From an uncultured Chloroflexia bacterium (GTDB lineage Bacteria; Chloroflexota; Limnocylindria; Limnocylindrales; CSP1-4): a stretch of 64,000 nucleotides of DNA. The notes beneath the pieces are model-generated. The model saw only the letters and a program-made list of their open reading frames with translations. It had not been told where the DNA came from and did not search any database. The translations under genes were made by a program, and so were the position numbers. The stretch's first letter is position 1; every line of letters starts with the position of its first letter. This document shows positions 10,182-19,429 of this stretch, in pieces. The stretch is taken from NCBI GenBank assembly GCA_963725745.1, contig CAVRZS010000005.1, forward strand, positions 1,583,276 to 1,647,275. The letters run 5' to 3'.

Positions 10182-10826
10182 ATGGCCGATATCGCCACCG
10201 ACCTGCGGGGCACGCGTCACGCAATGGGCCTGAGCCAGGCGACGGTGGCGTCGGCCGCCGGGATCTCGCGCTCGTATGTGGGGAGGCTCGAACGGAACGA
10301 GGTCGCAGCCCCGAACCTCGACCACCTGGCGTCGACCGCGGCGGCGCTCGGGCTGCGCCTTCGATTCGCGCTGTACCCCGACGGCGAGCCGGTTCGCGAT
10401 CGCGTCCAGCTCCGGATCCTCGAGCTCCTCCGAGCGCGGATCCATCCGTCGATCGCCTGGAGGACGGAGGTGCCGCTCCCGATCCCGGGCGATCGACGCG
10501 CATGGGACGCCGTCGCCATGGCCGATGACGGCTGGACGGGGCTCGAGGCGATCAGCCGACTCGGCGCGGTGGATGCCACCCTGCGATCGGTGAACCAGAA
10601 GCAGCGCGACGACCCGCGGGTCGCGCGGGTGATCCTGGCGATCGCAGACACGACGCGCAACAGGGCGGCCCTTCGGGCGGCGATCGCGTCGGTTCGCGCG
10701 GAGTACCCGCTCGACACGAGGACGGTCCTCGCAGCCTTCGGCGCGGGTCGATCGCCACCGCTCTCGGGCATCGTGCTCGTGCGCATCCCGGGATCGCGCG
10801 AGGAAGCCCGGCGTGAGCCTCGTTGA
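10182..10826 (+). CDS. XRE-family helix-turn-helix transcriptional regulator
   Basis: HTH_XRE signature (MGLSQATVASAAGISRSYVGRLERNE). Start taken at the internal ATG (MADIATDL) of ORF 10080..10826. Confidence 0.6.
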   Translation: MADIATDLRGTRHAMGLSQATVASAAGISRSYVGRLERNEVAAPNLDHLASTAAALGLRLRFALYPDGEPVRDRVQLRILELLRARIHPSIAWRTEVPLPIPGDRRAWDAVAMADDGWTGLEAISRLGAVDATLRSVNQKQRDDPRVARVILAIADTTRNRAALRAAIASVRAEYPLDTRTVLAAFGAGRSPPLSGIVLVRIPGSREEARREPR

Positions 10827-11245
10827 TGGATGCAATCCACAGGCCGTCCACAGTGGGGGAAAAGTGTGGACGCCGCCGGGCCCTCGAACCGCAGGTTCGT
10901 GGAAAACCCGGTGGGATCGCAGCCCTGGCCACTGTAACGTAGGTCTTGCCCGAAGGGGCCGATGGATGGTCCGGAGCGGAGGCGATCGCCTCAAACCTGC
11001 TCCGCCCGGCCGGCTGAGATCACCTCAAGGCCACGCCGACGTCCGGTCTGCGATCACATCAAGGGTCGAACGTTCTCCGGTCAATTCGGGCACTTCATTG
11101 CCAGTGGTGGCGATCCGCAAGGGTCGCGGTCCTGGGCGCCCGGACGGACGTGACCGGCATCCCGGTGTCGGTACTCCATCCGGGCGTTGAAGTTTAAGGC
11201 GCTCCGGCCGCCATCCCTCGCCCGGCACGCCGCTATGCTCGGCCG

Positions 11246-12145
11246 ATGAGCGACTTCTTCTCCCCAGGCGTCGACCGATCACGCCCGATCCCCCCGGTTG
11301 ACCAGCCCGCTCGACTCGAGGCGCTCGTCGAAGCGGTGCAGGGCCGGACGGCGATCGTGCCGCGCGTCGGGATCGTGCTCGGATCGGGGCTCGGCGGGCT
11401 CGCCCACGAGGTCGAGAACCCGGTCGCGATCCCGTTCCAGCAGCTGCCGGGCTGGCCGCTCGCGACCGCTCCGGGCCACGAGGGCCGGTTGCTGCTGGGG
11501 CGTCTGGCCGGCGTCCAGGTCGTCCTCCTCCAGGGCAGGTTCCACCTGTACGAGGGCAACGATCCGGGCCTCGTCGTCCAGCCCGTGCTCCTGTTCCGGC
11601 GGCTCGGCGCGAGGACGGTCATCCTGACCAACGCGGCCGGCGGCGTGAACCCGGACTACGCGCCCGGGACGCTGATGGTCATCGCGGACCACCTGAACCT
11701 GACCGGACGGTCACCGTTGATCGGCACCAACGCCGACGAGCTCGGGCCGAGATTCCCCGACCTGACCGACGTCTGGACGCCGGCCCTGCGCCAGCGACTG
11801 CACGCGGCGGGAGCGGCGGAGGGCGTCGAGCTCGCCGAGGGCATCTACGCGGGTCTGCTCGGCCCCTCGTACGAGACCCCGGCGGAGGTCCGCATGCTGC
11901 GGACGATGGGCGCCGACGCGGTCGGGATGTCGACCGTGCTCGAAGCGGTCGCGGCCCGCTGGGTCGGGCTCGAGGTTTGCGGGGTGTCGCTCGTCACCAA
12001 CGCCGGTGCCGGCTACACCGACCAGCCGTTGACACACGCCGAGGTGATGGAGGTGGGCGAGCAGGCCGGCCCGCGCCTGGCCAAGGTGCTCAAGCGCTTC
12101 CTGGCAGACCTGCCGACGCCCGGGACCTCCGGCTTCGGGGCCTGA
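11246..12145 (+). CDS. punA: Purine nucleoside phosphorylase (PNP family 2)
   Basis: 299 aa. Conserved PNP/MTAP fold motifs (GSGLGGLA, LQGRFHLYEG, SHAEV-like THAEV). Confidence 0.9.
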   Translation: MSDFFSPGVDRSRPIPPVDQPARLEALVEAVQGRTAIVPRVGIVLGSGLGGLAHEVENPVAIPFQQLPGWPLATAPGHEGRLLLGRLAGVQVVLLQGRFHLYEGNDPGLVVQPVLLFRRLGARTVILTNAAGGVNPDYAPGTLMVIADHLNLTGRSPLIGTNADELGPRFPDLTDVWTPALRQRLHAAGAAEGVELAEGIYAGLLGPSYETPAEVRMLRTMGADAVGMSTVLEAVAARWVGLEVCGVSLVTNAGAGYTDQPLTHAEVMEVGEQAGPRLAKVLKRFLADLPTPGTSGFGA

Positions 12146-12170
12146 GTCCCCGGAGGCCCGACCGAAGCCG
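12125..12170 (+). terminator. Possible stem-loop overlapping the punA stop
   Basis: GGCTTCGG...CCGAAGCC 8-bp inverted repeat enclosing an internal GC hairpin. No T-tract, as expected for high-GC genomes. Confidence 0.3.
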
Positions 12171-12316
12171 CGCCCGCCCTGGAGCGCTTGCGGACCGGGC
12201 AACGTCGCGCGATAGATCTGCAATGTCGCGGGGCCGAAGCGGCATCGCTAGCCCGGAGAGCTGTTCCTACATTGCCCGCTGGCGGACGCCACCAGGACCA
12301 CGTGGGAGGATCAGCG

Positions 12317-12566
12317 ATGGGCGAACCCGAGATCGCGCGACGAGATCATCGAGAACCCGGACCATCCATTCGACGCGCCCGGGAAGGATCGCGCGCCGAT
12401 CGTCCCCGGCGACCGCGACGCCGGCGACATCATCGAGGGCGATATCGGCGAGGCGCGGCTCAAGGAGCCGAGCGACACGCCCCCCGGCGCTGATCTCGAC
12501 AAGCTGCGGCGAGTCGTCGACGCGCAGGACGAAGGGTCCGAGGGGAGCGCGGCGGGCGAGGACTAG
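12317..12566 (+). pseudogene. Small acidic protein (about 82 aa) with an apparent +1 frameshift after codon 7
   Basis: ATG at 12317 preceded by a perfect SD (GGGAGGA, 6-nt spacer). After MGEPEIA the GC3 bias jumps to the +1 frame (DEIIENPDHPFDAPGKDR...GED, stop 12564-12566), which has no start codon of its own. Confidence 0.35.
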
Positions 12567-12587
12567 CGAAGCCCCGCGAGCGGGCTG

Positions 12588-12773
12588 CTAGAGCGCCCGT
12601 TTCGCCGCGCGGTCGAGGAGGAGGCCGAGGATCAGGATCCCCACGAAGATGCCGATGAACAGCAGGCCAAGACGGTCGTAGCCGGACATCGCCCCACCGA
12701 GGCCCGCCAACCCCGTCATGGCGGCGGCGATGAGCAGGGCGATCCCGACAAACGCAATGCGGTTCTTGCTCAT
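12588..12773 (-). CDS. Small two-helix membrane protein (61 aa)
   Basis: ATG start. Two hydrophobic helices. Lies immediately downstream of thyX on the same strand. Confidence 0.5.
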   Translation of the reverse strand: MSKNRIAFVGIALLIAAAMTGLAGLGGAMSGYDRLGLLFIGIFVGILILGLLLDRAAKRAL

Positions 12774-12816
12774 AGGATGGACTGACTCCCTCTCTCGCCG
12801 GCGTGCGCCAGCGGAC

Positions 12817-13675
12817 TCAGGTGACCGGAAGCTCCCGTCCGGCTTTCCTGGCTTCGTCGCGCTTCTGGGCCCAGGCGGCCAGCACGTTGTCCTTGTGGGG
12901 CCGGATCGGGCAGTGCTCGTCCCGGTTGTTGAACTCGTCGCAGTAGCCGAGCGCGACGCACTTCGGCGCCAGGAACGAGCCCAGGAACGGCGACACGTCG
13001 AAGATCTCGTGGCGGATCAGCTGGAACAGCCGCCGGATCTCCCACTGCGCCATCGTGCACAGGCGAAGGCCCGACATGTGGATCAGTGCCCGCAGGTTGG
13101 TCGTCATCACGAGGTTCGTCCGGGTGGCGTTGGGGAACACGAACCGCGCGTCCTCGCCGGGCACGCCAGCGTCGACCAGCTCGCCGTACAGTCCGAGCGC
13201 GCCGTCGACCTGCTCCTCGTAGCGCTCGCGAAGGCCGGGGTCGCCGTCCGCGATGGTCGCCGGCAGCATCGTCGCGGCGCCCTTGTACTTGACGTAGCGC
13301 TGGCTCTGCTGGTCGAAGGCCACGCCGGCCCGGTGGCGCACGAGCTGGTGCGACAGGGTTCGCGAGACGCCCGACAGGGCGAACGTGAACACGATGTGCT
13401 CGATCGTGGACCCGTGGCCCGAATTCGATGACGTTGCCGATCAGCCGCTGCATCGAGGCCGGGGCGATCTCGCCGGCGGTCGCGCGCCGGAAGATCTCCT
13501 GGGGCTCGAGCTCGGAGTAGCACGTCCGGCAGGCCGTATAGACGAGGGGCACGTAGAAACGGTCGACGATGTCCTTGTCGGGGAACAACAGCGATGCCTG
13601 CAGCCCGAGGTCGTGGCGGCCGGGATTGCGCGGGATCGCCGTCTTGGCGCGCTGCGGAGCCGGGGCCTCTGCCAT
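12817..13675 (-). pseudogene. thyX: Flavin-dependent thymidylate synthase ThyX, interrupted by a 1-nt frameshift near 13410 (probable homopolymer error)
   Basis: N-terminal part (MAEAPAPQ...NVIEFG) is in the 12770..13729 frame. The remainder (HGSTIEH...RHRAGVAFDQQSQRY, the ThyX RHR-x7-S/QRY motif) is in the 12817..13392 frame. The junction is at GAATTCGGGCCAC, consistent with one extra G. Confidence 0.85.
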
Positions 13676-13751
13676 GGGTCGAAGTCTACCGGCGCACCGG
13701 CCTCGGCGGATCAGCGGTTTACGGCCCAATCCACCGTCCGAGGACGACCGC

Positions 13752-13976
13752 TCAGTAGTAGTCCGAGCAGGACAGGAAGTAGCCGCAGCGACAGATCAGC
13801 TTGCACTTGCGCTCGTCCATCCGGGCGCCGCAGTTCGCGCAGGTCAGCATCAGCTCGCCCGGATCGTCGGGCGCCGTGTCGATCGCGATGACCGGCAGGC
13901 GACCCGTTTCGGTCAGCGGGAGTGAGACAAGGGTCGGCGTGGCGGGAGGGCGATCCGTGGCGTCCACGCCGGCCAT
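13752..13976 (-). CDS. Small Cys-rich zinc-ribbon-like protein (74 aa)
   Basis: C-terminal CANCG...CKLICRCGYFLSC. GC3-rich. ATG 10 nt after the stop of the upstream cyclase gene; 76 nt upstream of thyX. Confidence 0.55.
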   Translation of the reverse strand: MAGVDATDRPPATPTLVSLPLTETGRLPVIAIDTAPDDPGELMLTCANCGARMDERKCKLICRCGYFLSCSDYY

Positions 13977-13986
13977 CCTACGCCGC

Positions 13987-16689
13987 TCAGGAGGCCTCGG
14001 ACGACCTCACGGGCGACCCATCGGCGATCGACTCCGCGAACGCGATCGTCCGCTCCACGGCCTCGTCGCGCGACCAGCTGCCGCCGCGCGCCAGGGCAGC
14101 CCGCAGCGCTGCGTCAGACGTGTCCAGGTCGACCATCGGGATGTCGTCGGCCGGCCATAGGGCGGCGAGGTGGAGGCCCGTCTCAGCGACCAGGCGCTTC
14201 GCCGCGCCGCCGACCTCGTAGGCTTCGACCTCGCGGTGCAGCAGCAGGAGCGTCGTCGAGACGCCAGCGAGCACCAGGACCAGGCCGGAGACGTCGCGGC
14301 CCACCCAGAACTCCCGCAGCGTCGGCACCAGGTCCCGTGACGCGCCCTGGAGGTCGCCGGCCAGCAGCCGCCCGAATGCGCGCGTGAATCTCGACCAGCT
14401 GACCCAGAACGAATCACCGATCCGCTCGAACAGTTCGAGCGCGCGGGTCGCCTCCGCCTCCGCCTGCGCGTAGTCGCCGCGGTAGCCGTGCCACTCGCTG
14501 AGCCCCCACAGGGCCTTGCCCATTCCCTGTTCGTCGCCCAGCCGGGTCCAGATGGCCAGGGCGTCGTCGAGCAGCGTCGTGTCCTCGTCGCGCATCAGGT
14601 CGATCCACTCGCGGGCGTCGTGCGCCGGTCGGCGCGCGAAGAACAGGTTGTAGTACGCGTTCGCCAGCTCCGCCTCGTCGCCCAGCCCGCGGGCGACGTC
14701 GAGCGCCGCGCCATAGTGCACGCCGGCGGCGACCAGGTCGCCGGCCCAGTACGCCAGGCCGCCCGCCGCCTCGAGGGCACGGAGCCGGGCACGCGACGGC
14801 TGGTCCGGCCATTGCGGCATGGCGAGGACCCGGTCGATGCGCGCTCGCCCCTCGGGGATGTGCCCCCGCATTTGCCAGAACCGCCAGATCGCGAACGCGA
14901 GCGTCGACGCGCCGTCGGTGTCGCCCGAGCCAGTGAGCTGGTCCAGCGCGGCCCGGAGGTTGTCGTGCTCGTCCTCGAGCCGGTCGAGCAGCCGCGCGTT
15001 CGCGGCGGCCGCGGCCGTCGTGTCCAGCCCCTGGGGGTCTCGCGCCACGGCGAACGCGAGGAAGGCGGCGGCGTGCCGATCCCGGAGCGCAGGCGTCTCG
15101 CCGCGCTCGTCGAGCTTCTCCAGCGCGTACTCGCGAAGCGTCTCCAGCATGCTGAACCGCATGTCGCCATGGAGGTCCTCGCCGATCCGCACCAGGCTCT
15201 GCTCCGCGAGGCGCTCCAGCCCGCCGAACACGTCCAGCGACGCGTCGTCGGATGCGCTGCCGCACACCGACTCCGCCGTCTCGACGGGCCCGCCGCCGGC
15301 GAACACGCCGAGCCGGGCGAACAGCCTACGGTCATCGGCCTCGAGCAGGTCATGGCTCCAGTCGATGGCCCCGCGCAGCGTGCGCTGGCGCTCGGGCATG
15401 TCGCGGCCGCCGGACGACAGCAGGCCCAGGCGGTCGCCCAGCCGCTGCGCCATCGCAGCGGGGGACAGCAACCGGATCCGCGCCGCGGCGAGCTCGATCG
15501 CCAGCGGCAGGCCATCGAGCCGGCGCACGATCTCGGCGACGTGCACGCCGTTCTCGGCGGTCAGGCTGAAGTCGGGCCGCACGGCCATCGCCCGCTCCAC
15601 GAACAGGCGCACGGCCTCCGACCCCATCAGGGTCTCCACGTCGGTCGTGCCAGCCGGGGGGAGCGACAGCGGTGGGACCGGGAACTCCTGCTCACCGGAG
15701 ATCCGCAACGGGGCCCGGCTGGAGACGATGATCGTCAGCCTGGGCGCGGAGCGGAGCAGGTCGGCGACGATCGGGGCGCCGGTGACCACCTGTTCGAAGT
15801 TGTCGAGGACGAGCAGGGCGGTGCGTTCCCGGAGGTGGTCCTTGACCCGCTCGATCGGGGGCCGCTGCGGCGCGAGCAGCCCGATCGAGGACGCGATCGC
15901 CGACGCCACCAGCTCCGGGTCGGTGACCGGCGCCAGCGGCACGAACCACGTCCCGTCCGGATAGCGGTCGACGCAGTCGCCGGCCAGGGCCAGGGACAGG
16001 CGCGTCTTGCCGGTCCCGCCGGGTCCCGTCAGCGTCAGCAGCCTCGTCCGGTCGAGCAGCATCACCGCGTTGTCGACCTCGGCGCGGCCGACGAACGTCG
16101 TCAGCTGCGGCGGCAGGTTGTTGGGCGTGAGGTCGAGCGTCTTGAGGGCCGGAAACGAGGTCTCCAGGCCGTCCGCCTCGACCTGGTACAGCCGTTCCGC
16201 GCGAGCGAAGTCCTTCAAGCGGTGCTCGCCGAGGTCGCGCAGCTCGATCCCATCGCCCGGGTCGCCCGCGATCACGCGTGTCGCGTCCGTGAGGATGACC
16301 TGGCCGCCGTGGGCCGCGGCGGCGACGCGCGCCGCGCGGTGCACCTCGATGCCGACGTAGTCGCCCGCCACGATCAGCACCTCGCCGGTGTGGATGCCCA
16401 TCCGGACCCGGACGGCGCCACCCTCCCAAGCGTGGTCTGCGAGCGCCCGCTGGGCGGCGACGGCCGCACGGACCGCCCCCGCGGCCGAGGGGAACGCGAC
16501 GAACACGGCGTCGCCCTCGGAGCCGAACGACTGGCCACCCTGTCCGGACGCCGCGTCCAGGACGATGGCCCGGTGCGCACCCAGCGCCTCACCGTAGGCC
16601 GCGTCGCCGATGTCGGTCAGCAGGCGGGTCGAGCCCTCGATGTCGGTGAACAGGAAGGTGACGACGCCTTCCGGCAGCTGGGCCGTCAC
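13987..16689 (-). CDS. Adenylate/guanylate cyclase (class III) - AAA/STAND NTPase - TPR protein, paralog A (about 900 aa)
   Basis: N-terminal cyclase domain (VTFLFTDIEGSTRL..., HTGEV). Walker A LTGPGGTGKTRL and Walker B LLVLDNFEQV. C-terminal TPR-like repeats. GTG start overlaps the stop of paralog B (GTGA). Confidence 0.85.
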   Translation of the reverse strand: MTAQLPEGVVTFLFTDIEGSTRLLTDIGDAAYGEALGAHRAIVLDAASGQGGQSFGSEGDAVFVAFPSAAGAVRAAVAAQRALADHAWEGGAVRVRMGIHTGEVLIVAGDYVGIEVHRAARVAAAAHGGQVILTDATRVIAGDPGDGIELRDLGEHRLKDFARAERLYQVEADGLETSFPALKTLDLTPNNLPPQLTTFVGRAEVDNAVMLLDRTRLLTLTGPGGTGKTRLSLALAGDCVDRYPDGTWFVPLAPVTDPELVASAIASSIGLLAPQRPPIERVKDHLRERTALLVLDNFEQVVTGAPIVADLLRSAPRLTIIVSSRAPLRISGEQEFPVPPLSLPPAGTTDVETLMGSEAVRLFVERAMAVRPDFSLTAENGVHVAEIVRRLDGLPLAIELAAARIRLLSPAAMAQRLGDRLGLLSSGGRDMPERQRTLRGAIDWSHDLLEADDRRLFARLGVFAGGGPVETAESVCGSASDDASLDVFGGLERLAEQSLVRIGEDLHGDMRFSMLETLREYALEKLDERGETPALRDRHAAAFLAFAVARDPQGLDTTAAAAANARLLDRLEDEHDNLRAALDQLTGSGDTDGASTLAFAIWRFWQMRGHIPEGRARIDRVLAMPQWPDQPSRARLRALEAAGGLAYWAGDLVAAGVHYGAALDVARGLGDEAELANAYYNLFFARRPAHDAREWIDLMRDEDTTLLDDALAIWTRLGDEQGMGKALWGLSEWHGYRGDYAQAEAEATRALELFERIGDSFWVSWSRFTRAFGRLLAGDLQGASRDLVPTLREFWVGRDVSGLVLVLAGVSTTLLLLHREVEAYEVGGAAKRLVAETGLHLAALWPADDIPMVDLDTSDAALRAALARGGSWSRDEAVERTIAFAESIADGSPVRSSEAS

Positions 16690-19403
16690 TCGAACGCCGT
16701 CTCGCCGAGCGCGTATCGAACGCCGTCGAGCATGGGCATCGCCGCGCCCTCCGCGGCATGGCGGGCGAGATCCTCGGGTGCCATCGCGTTCGCGGCATTG
16801 GGCCGCGTCGCGAGCTCGAAGGCGTTCTCCACGACGCCTGCGAGCCCGGTCCCCGAGGACGCCTGCAAGCGCCGCGCGAGGCCCCACAGACGCGCGGCCC
16901 GCTCGAAGTCGCCGTCGGCCACCGCCACCGCGGCCATGTCATCGAGCCCCAGGGTCACGCCGGCGACGTCACCGGCATCGGTGAACAGCCGCAGCCCGTC
17001 GGCGAGTTCGACGCGCGCGACATCGGTCTCGCCGAGCTTCAGGCGCGACGAGCCCAGCTGGTGCAGCGACCACGCCTCCTGCGTCCGATCGCCGACCTTG
17101 CGGTAGAGCGCGAGGGCGGCCTCGAACGCCACCGCTGCCTCGGCGTTGTCGCCCGCGAAGTAGTGCTGGATCCCGATGCCCCAGTACACGTTCGCCTCGC
17201 CGGCGTCGTCGCCCAGCGAGCGGTAGATCGTCAGGGCCTCGGCGAGCAGCGCGTCCGCCCGCTGGCGGGCGTCCGGCGGTACCTCCTCGACCAGGGCCAT
17301 CGAGTAGCAGAAGGACAGGTTGTAGGTCGCGTTGGCGATCTCCCGCTGATCGCCGATCTCGCGCCAGATCGCGAGCGCGATCTCGTAGTCGGGTCGCGCA
17401 CCGTAGACCAGGCCGTGCCAGTAGATGATGCCGCCGAGGGCCTCGTGGGTCTTCGCCCGCAGCGGCGCCGGCGCCGTCGCGAACCAGGGGCGCTCGATCA
17501 GGGCCGCCACCCGCGTCCGGGCCTCGCGCAGGTAGCCCCGCTTCTGCCAGAAGCGCCAGACGGCGATCGTGATGCCCAGCGCGAGCTCGGGATCGCCTCG
17601 TGCGTCGGCCCAGTCGATCGCCGCCCGCAGGTTCGCGTGCTCCAGCTCGAGCCGGTCGAGCGCGGCGCGCTGCCGGGCGCCGGCGAGGTCGGGCTCCAGC
17701 TCTCGCGCCAGCTCGAGGTAGGCGCGGGCGTGGCGCTCCGCGAACGCATCGGTGTTGCCCGAGGCCTCGAGCCGTTCGACGGCGTACTCGCGGATCGGCT
17801 CGAGCATCGAGAACCGCGGCTCGCCCTCGACCTCGTCGCTGCGGACGAGGCTCTGGTCGACGAGCGACGCCAGGCCGTCGAGCACGTCGATCCCCAGGTC
17901 GGACGCGGGCCCGGCCACCGCTTCGGCGCGTGCGAGGTCGAAGCCGCCCATGAACACGGACAGCCGCTCGAACAGGCGACAGGCGGGTGCATCCAGCAGC
18001 TCGTGGCTCCACATGATCGCGCCACGCAGCGAGCGCTGGCGTTCGGGCACGTCCGATGCGCCCGCCCCGGGGAGGTCGAGCCGCCCCTCGAGGCGCTCGT
18101 GGATCGCAGCGGGCGTCAGGAACCGCAGGCGCGCGGCCGCCAGCTCGATCGCGAGCGGGACGCCGCCCAGGTGGGCGACGATCGAGGCGATGTCGGCGGC
18201 GTTCGCCGCGGTGACCGCGAAGCCGGGCTTGACCGAGCCGCCGCGGGCGACGAACAGGCGCACGGACTCGAAGCCCGCCAGCGCCTCCGGGGCGCCGGAC
18301 CGGATCGCGGCCGGCAGCCGCTCGCGCTCGAGCGGACCGAGCCGGTCGAGGTCCGGCGGGGAGGGGAGCCCGGGCACCGGGTACTCCTGCTCGCCCGAGA
18401 TCCGGAGTGGCGCCCGGCTGGTGGCGAGGATCCGGACCTTTCCGGCGCGGCGCAGGAGCTCGCCGATCTCGGCGGCCGCCGCGCGGACCTGCTCGAGGTT
18501 GTCGAGCACGATCAGCGACTGCTTAGACTCGAGCTCCGAGGCGAGGACGTCGATCGGGCTGCGCGAGGGGTCATCGCCGATCCCCACCGCCCGGGCGATG
18601 GCCGGCACGACGAGCGCCGCATCCGACACGAGGCCCAGCGGCACGAACCAGGTCCCGTCGGGATAGTCGTCGACCAGCGCGGCGGCGACCTGGAGCGCGA
18701 GCCGGGTCTTGCCCGTGCCGCCTGGACCGGTCAGGGTCACGAGGCGCGAGGTCTGAAGCAGCGCCCTGATCTCGGCGAGCTCGCGCTCGCGGCCCACGAA
18801 CGAGGTCAGCTCCAGCGGCAGGTTGTTGGGTCGCGCGTCGATCGAGCGGATGGGCGGGAAGTCAGCCGGCAGACCGTCGATCACGAGCTGCGTGATCCGC
18901 TCCGGGCGCAGGTCCTTGAGGCGATGGGCGCCGAGCGGACGGAGTCCCACGCCCGCCGGCAGGCGGCTCTCCACGCGCGCCGTGGTCGCCTCGGACAGCA
19001 GCACCTGGCCGCCGTGGCCGGCCGCGGCGACGCGGGCCGCGCGGTGCACGTCGTGGCCCGCGTAGTTGTCGTCGCCATCGAGCTCGCCGATTCCCGTGTG
19101 GAGGCCCATGCGGACCCGGATGGCGGCGCCCTCTGGCCATGGCTCGGCCGCGAGCGAGCGCTGCGCCGCCGCGACCGCCCGGACGGCGGCGACGGGATCG
19201 GTGAACACGGCGAAGAACGAGTCGCCCTCGGTCCCCTGCTCGAACCCCTCGTCTGCCGCGAGCGCGGCGCGGACGAGCTCGCGGTGGCGAGCGAGGAGCG
19301 GCAGCCAGGCCGCGGTCCCCAGGGCGTCGACGAGCCGCGTCGATCCCTCGATGTCCGTGAACAGGAAGGTGACCTCGCCGGTGGGGCGGGCAGGGGCAGC
19401 CAC
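16686..19403 (-). CDS. Adenylate/guanylate cyclase - AAA/STAND NTPase - TPR protein, paralog B (about 905 aa)
   Basis: Same architecture as A (VTFLFTDIEGSTRL; LTGPGGTGKTRL; LIVLDNLEQV; TPR). Start set at GTG (IVAAPARPTGEVTF); start uncertain. Confidence 0.85.
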   Translation of the reverse strand: MAAPARPTGEVTFLFTDIEGSTRLVDALGTAAWLPLLARHRELVRAALAADEGFEQGTEGDSFFAVFTDPVAAVRAVAAAQRSLAAEPWPEGAAIRVRMGLHTGIGELDGDDNYAGHDVHRAARVAAAGHGGQVLLSEATTARVESRLPAGVGLRPLGAHRLKDLRPERITQLVIDGLPADFPPIRSIDARPNNLPLELTSFVGRERELAEIRALLQTSRLVTLTGPGGTGKTRLALQVAAALVDDYPDGTWFVPLGLVSDAALVVPAIARAVGIGDDPSRSPIDVLASELESKQSLIVLDNLEQVRAAAAEIGELLRRAGKVRILATSRAPLRISGEQEYPVPGLPSPPDLDRLGPLERERLPAAIRSGAPEALAGFESVRLFVARGGSVKPGFAVTAANAADIASIVAHLGGVPLAIELAAARLRFLTPAAIHERLEGRLDLPGAGASDVPERQRSLRGAIMWSHELLDAPACRLFERLSVFMGGFDLARAEAVAGPASDLGIDVLDGLASLVDQSLVRSDEVEGEPRFSMLEPIREYAVERLEASGNTDAFAERHARAYLELARELEPDLAGARQRAALDRLELEHANLRAAIDWADARGDPELALGITIAVWRFWQKRGYLREARTRVAALIERPWFATAPAPLRAKTHEALGGIIYWHGLVYGARPDYEIALAIWREIGDQREIANATYNLSFCYSMALVEEVPPDARQRADALLAEALTIYRSLGDDAGEANVYWGIGIQHYFAGDNAEAAVAFEAALALYRKVGDRTQEAWSLHQLGSSRLKLGETDVARVELADGLRLFTDAGDVAGVTLGLDDMAAVAVADGDFERAARLWGLARRLQASSGTGLAGVVENAFELATRPNAANAMAPEDLARHAAEGAAMPMLDGVRYALGETAFE

Positions 19404-19429
19404 GATCGATGGCCCTGTGTCGCTCAGCC

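Noticed and set aside
9366-10213. ORFs 9366..10034 (+), 9395..10213 (-) and 9477..9767 (-) encoding ARPRRL, RRGRA and GEASGP repeats
   Set aside because: They are generated by the in-frame 18-bp tandem repeat. They overlap moaA or each other and lack flanking coding signal.
6412-10503. 1363-aa minus-strand ORF spanning the acidic-protein gene, the moaA antisense and the tandem repeat
   Set aside because: Only the 3' 1.7 kb has coding GC3 bias. The rest is antisense to moaA and reads through the 18-bp repeat as low-complexity RG/GV repeats. It is a typical high-GC read-through artifact.
13415-13430. GAATTC (EcoRI) sites coinciding with two frameshift junctions (thyX at about 13421, kinase at about 52405), possibly hinting at cloning joins
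   Set aside because: About three GAATTC sites are expected by chance in 64 kb at this GC content. A third site (about 8334) is not at a frameshift, and the CocE and acidic-protein frameshifts have none. Coincidence is most likely.
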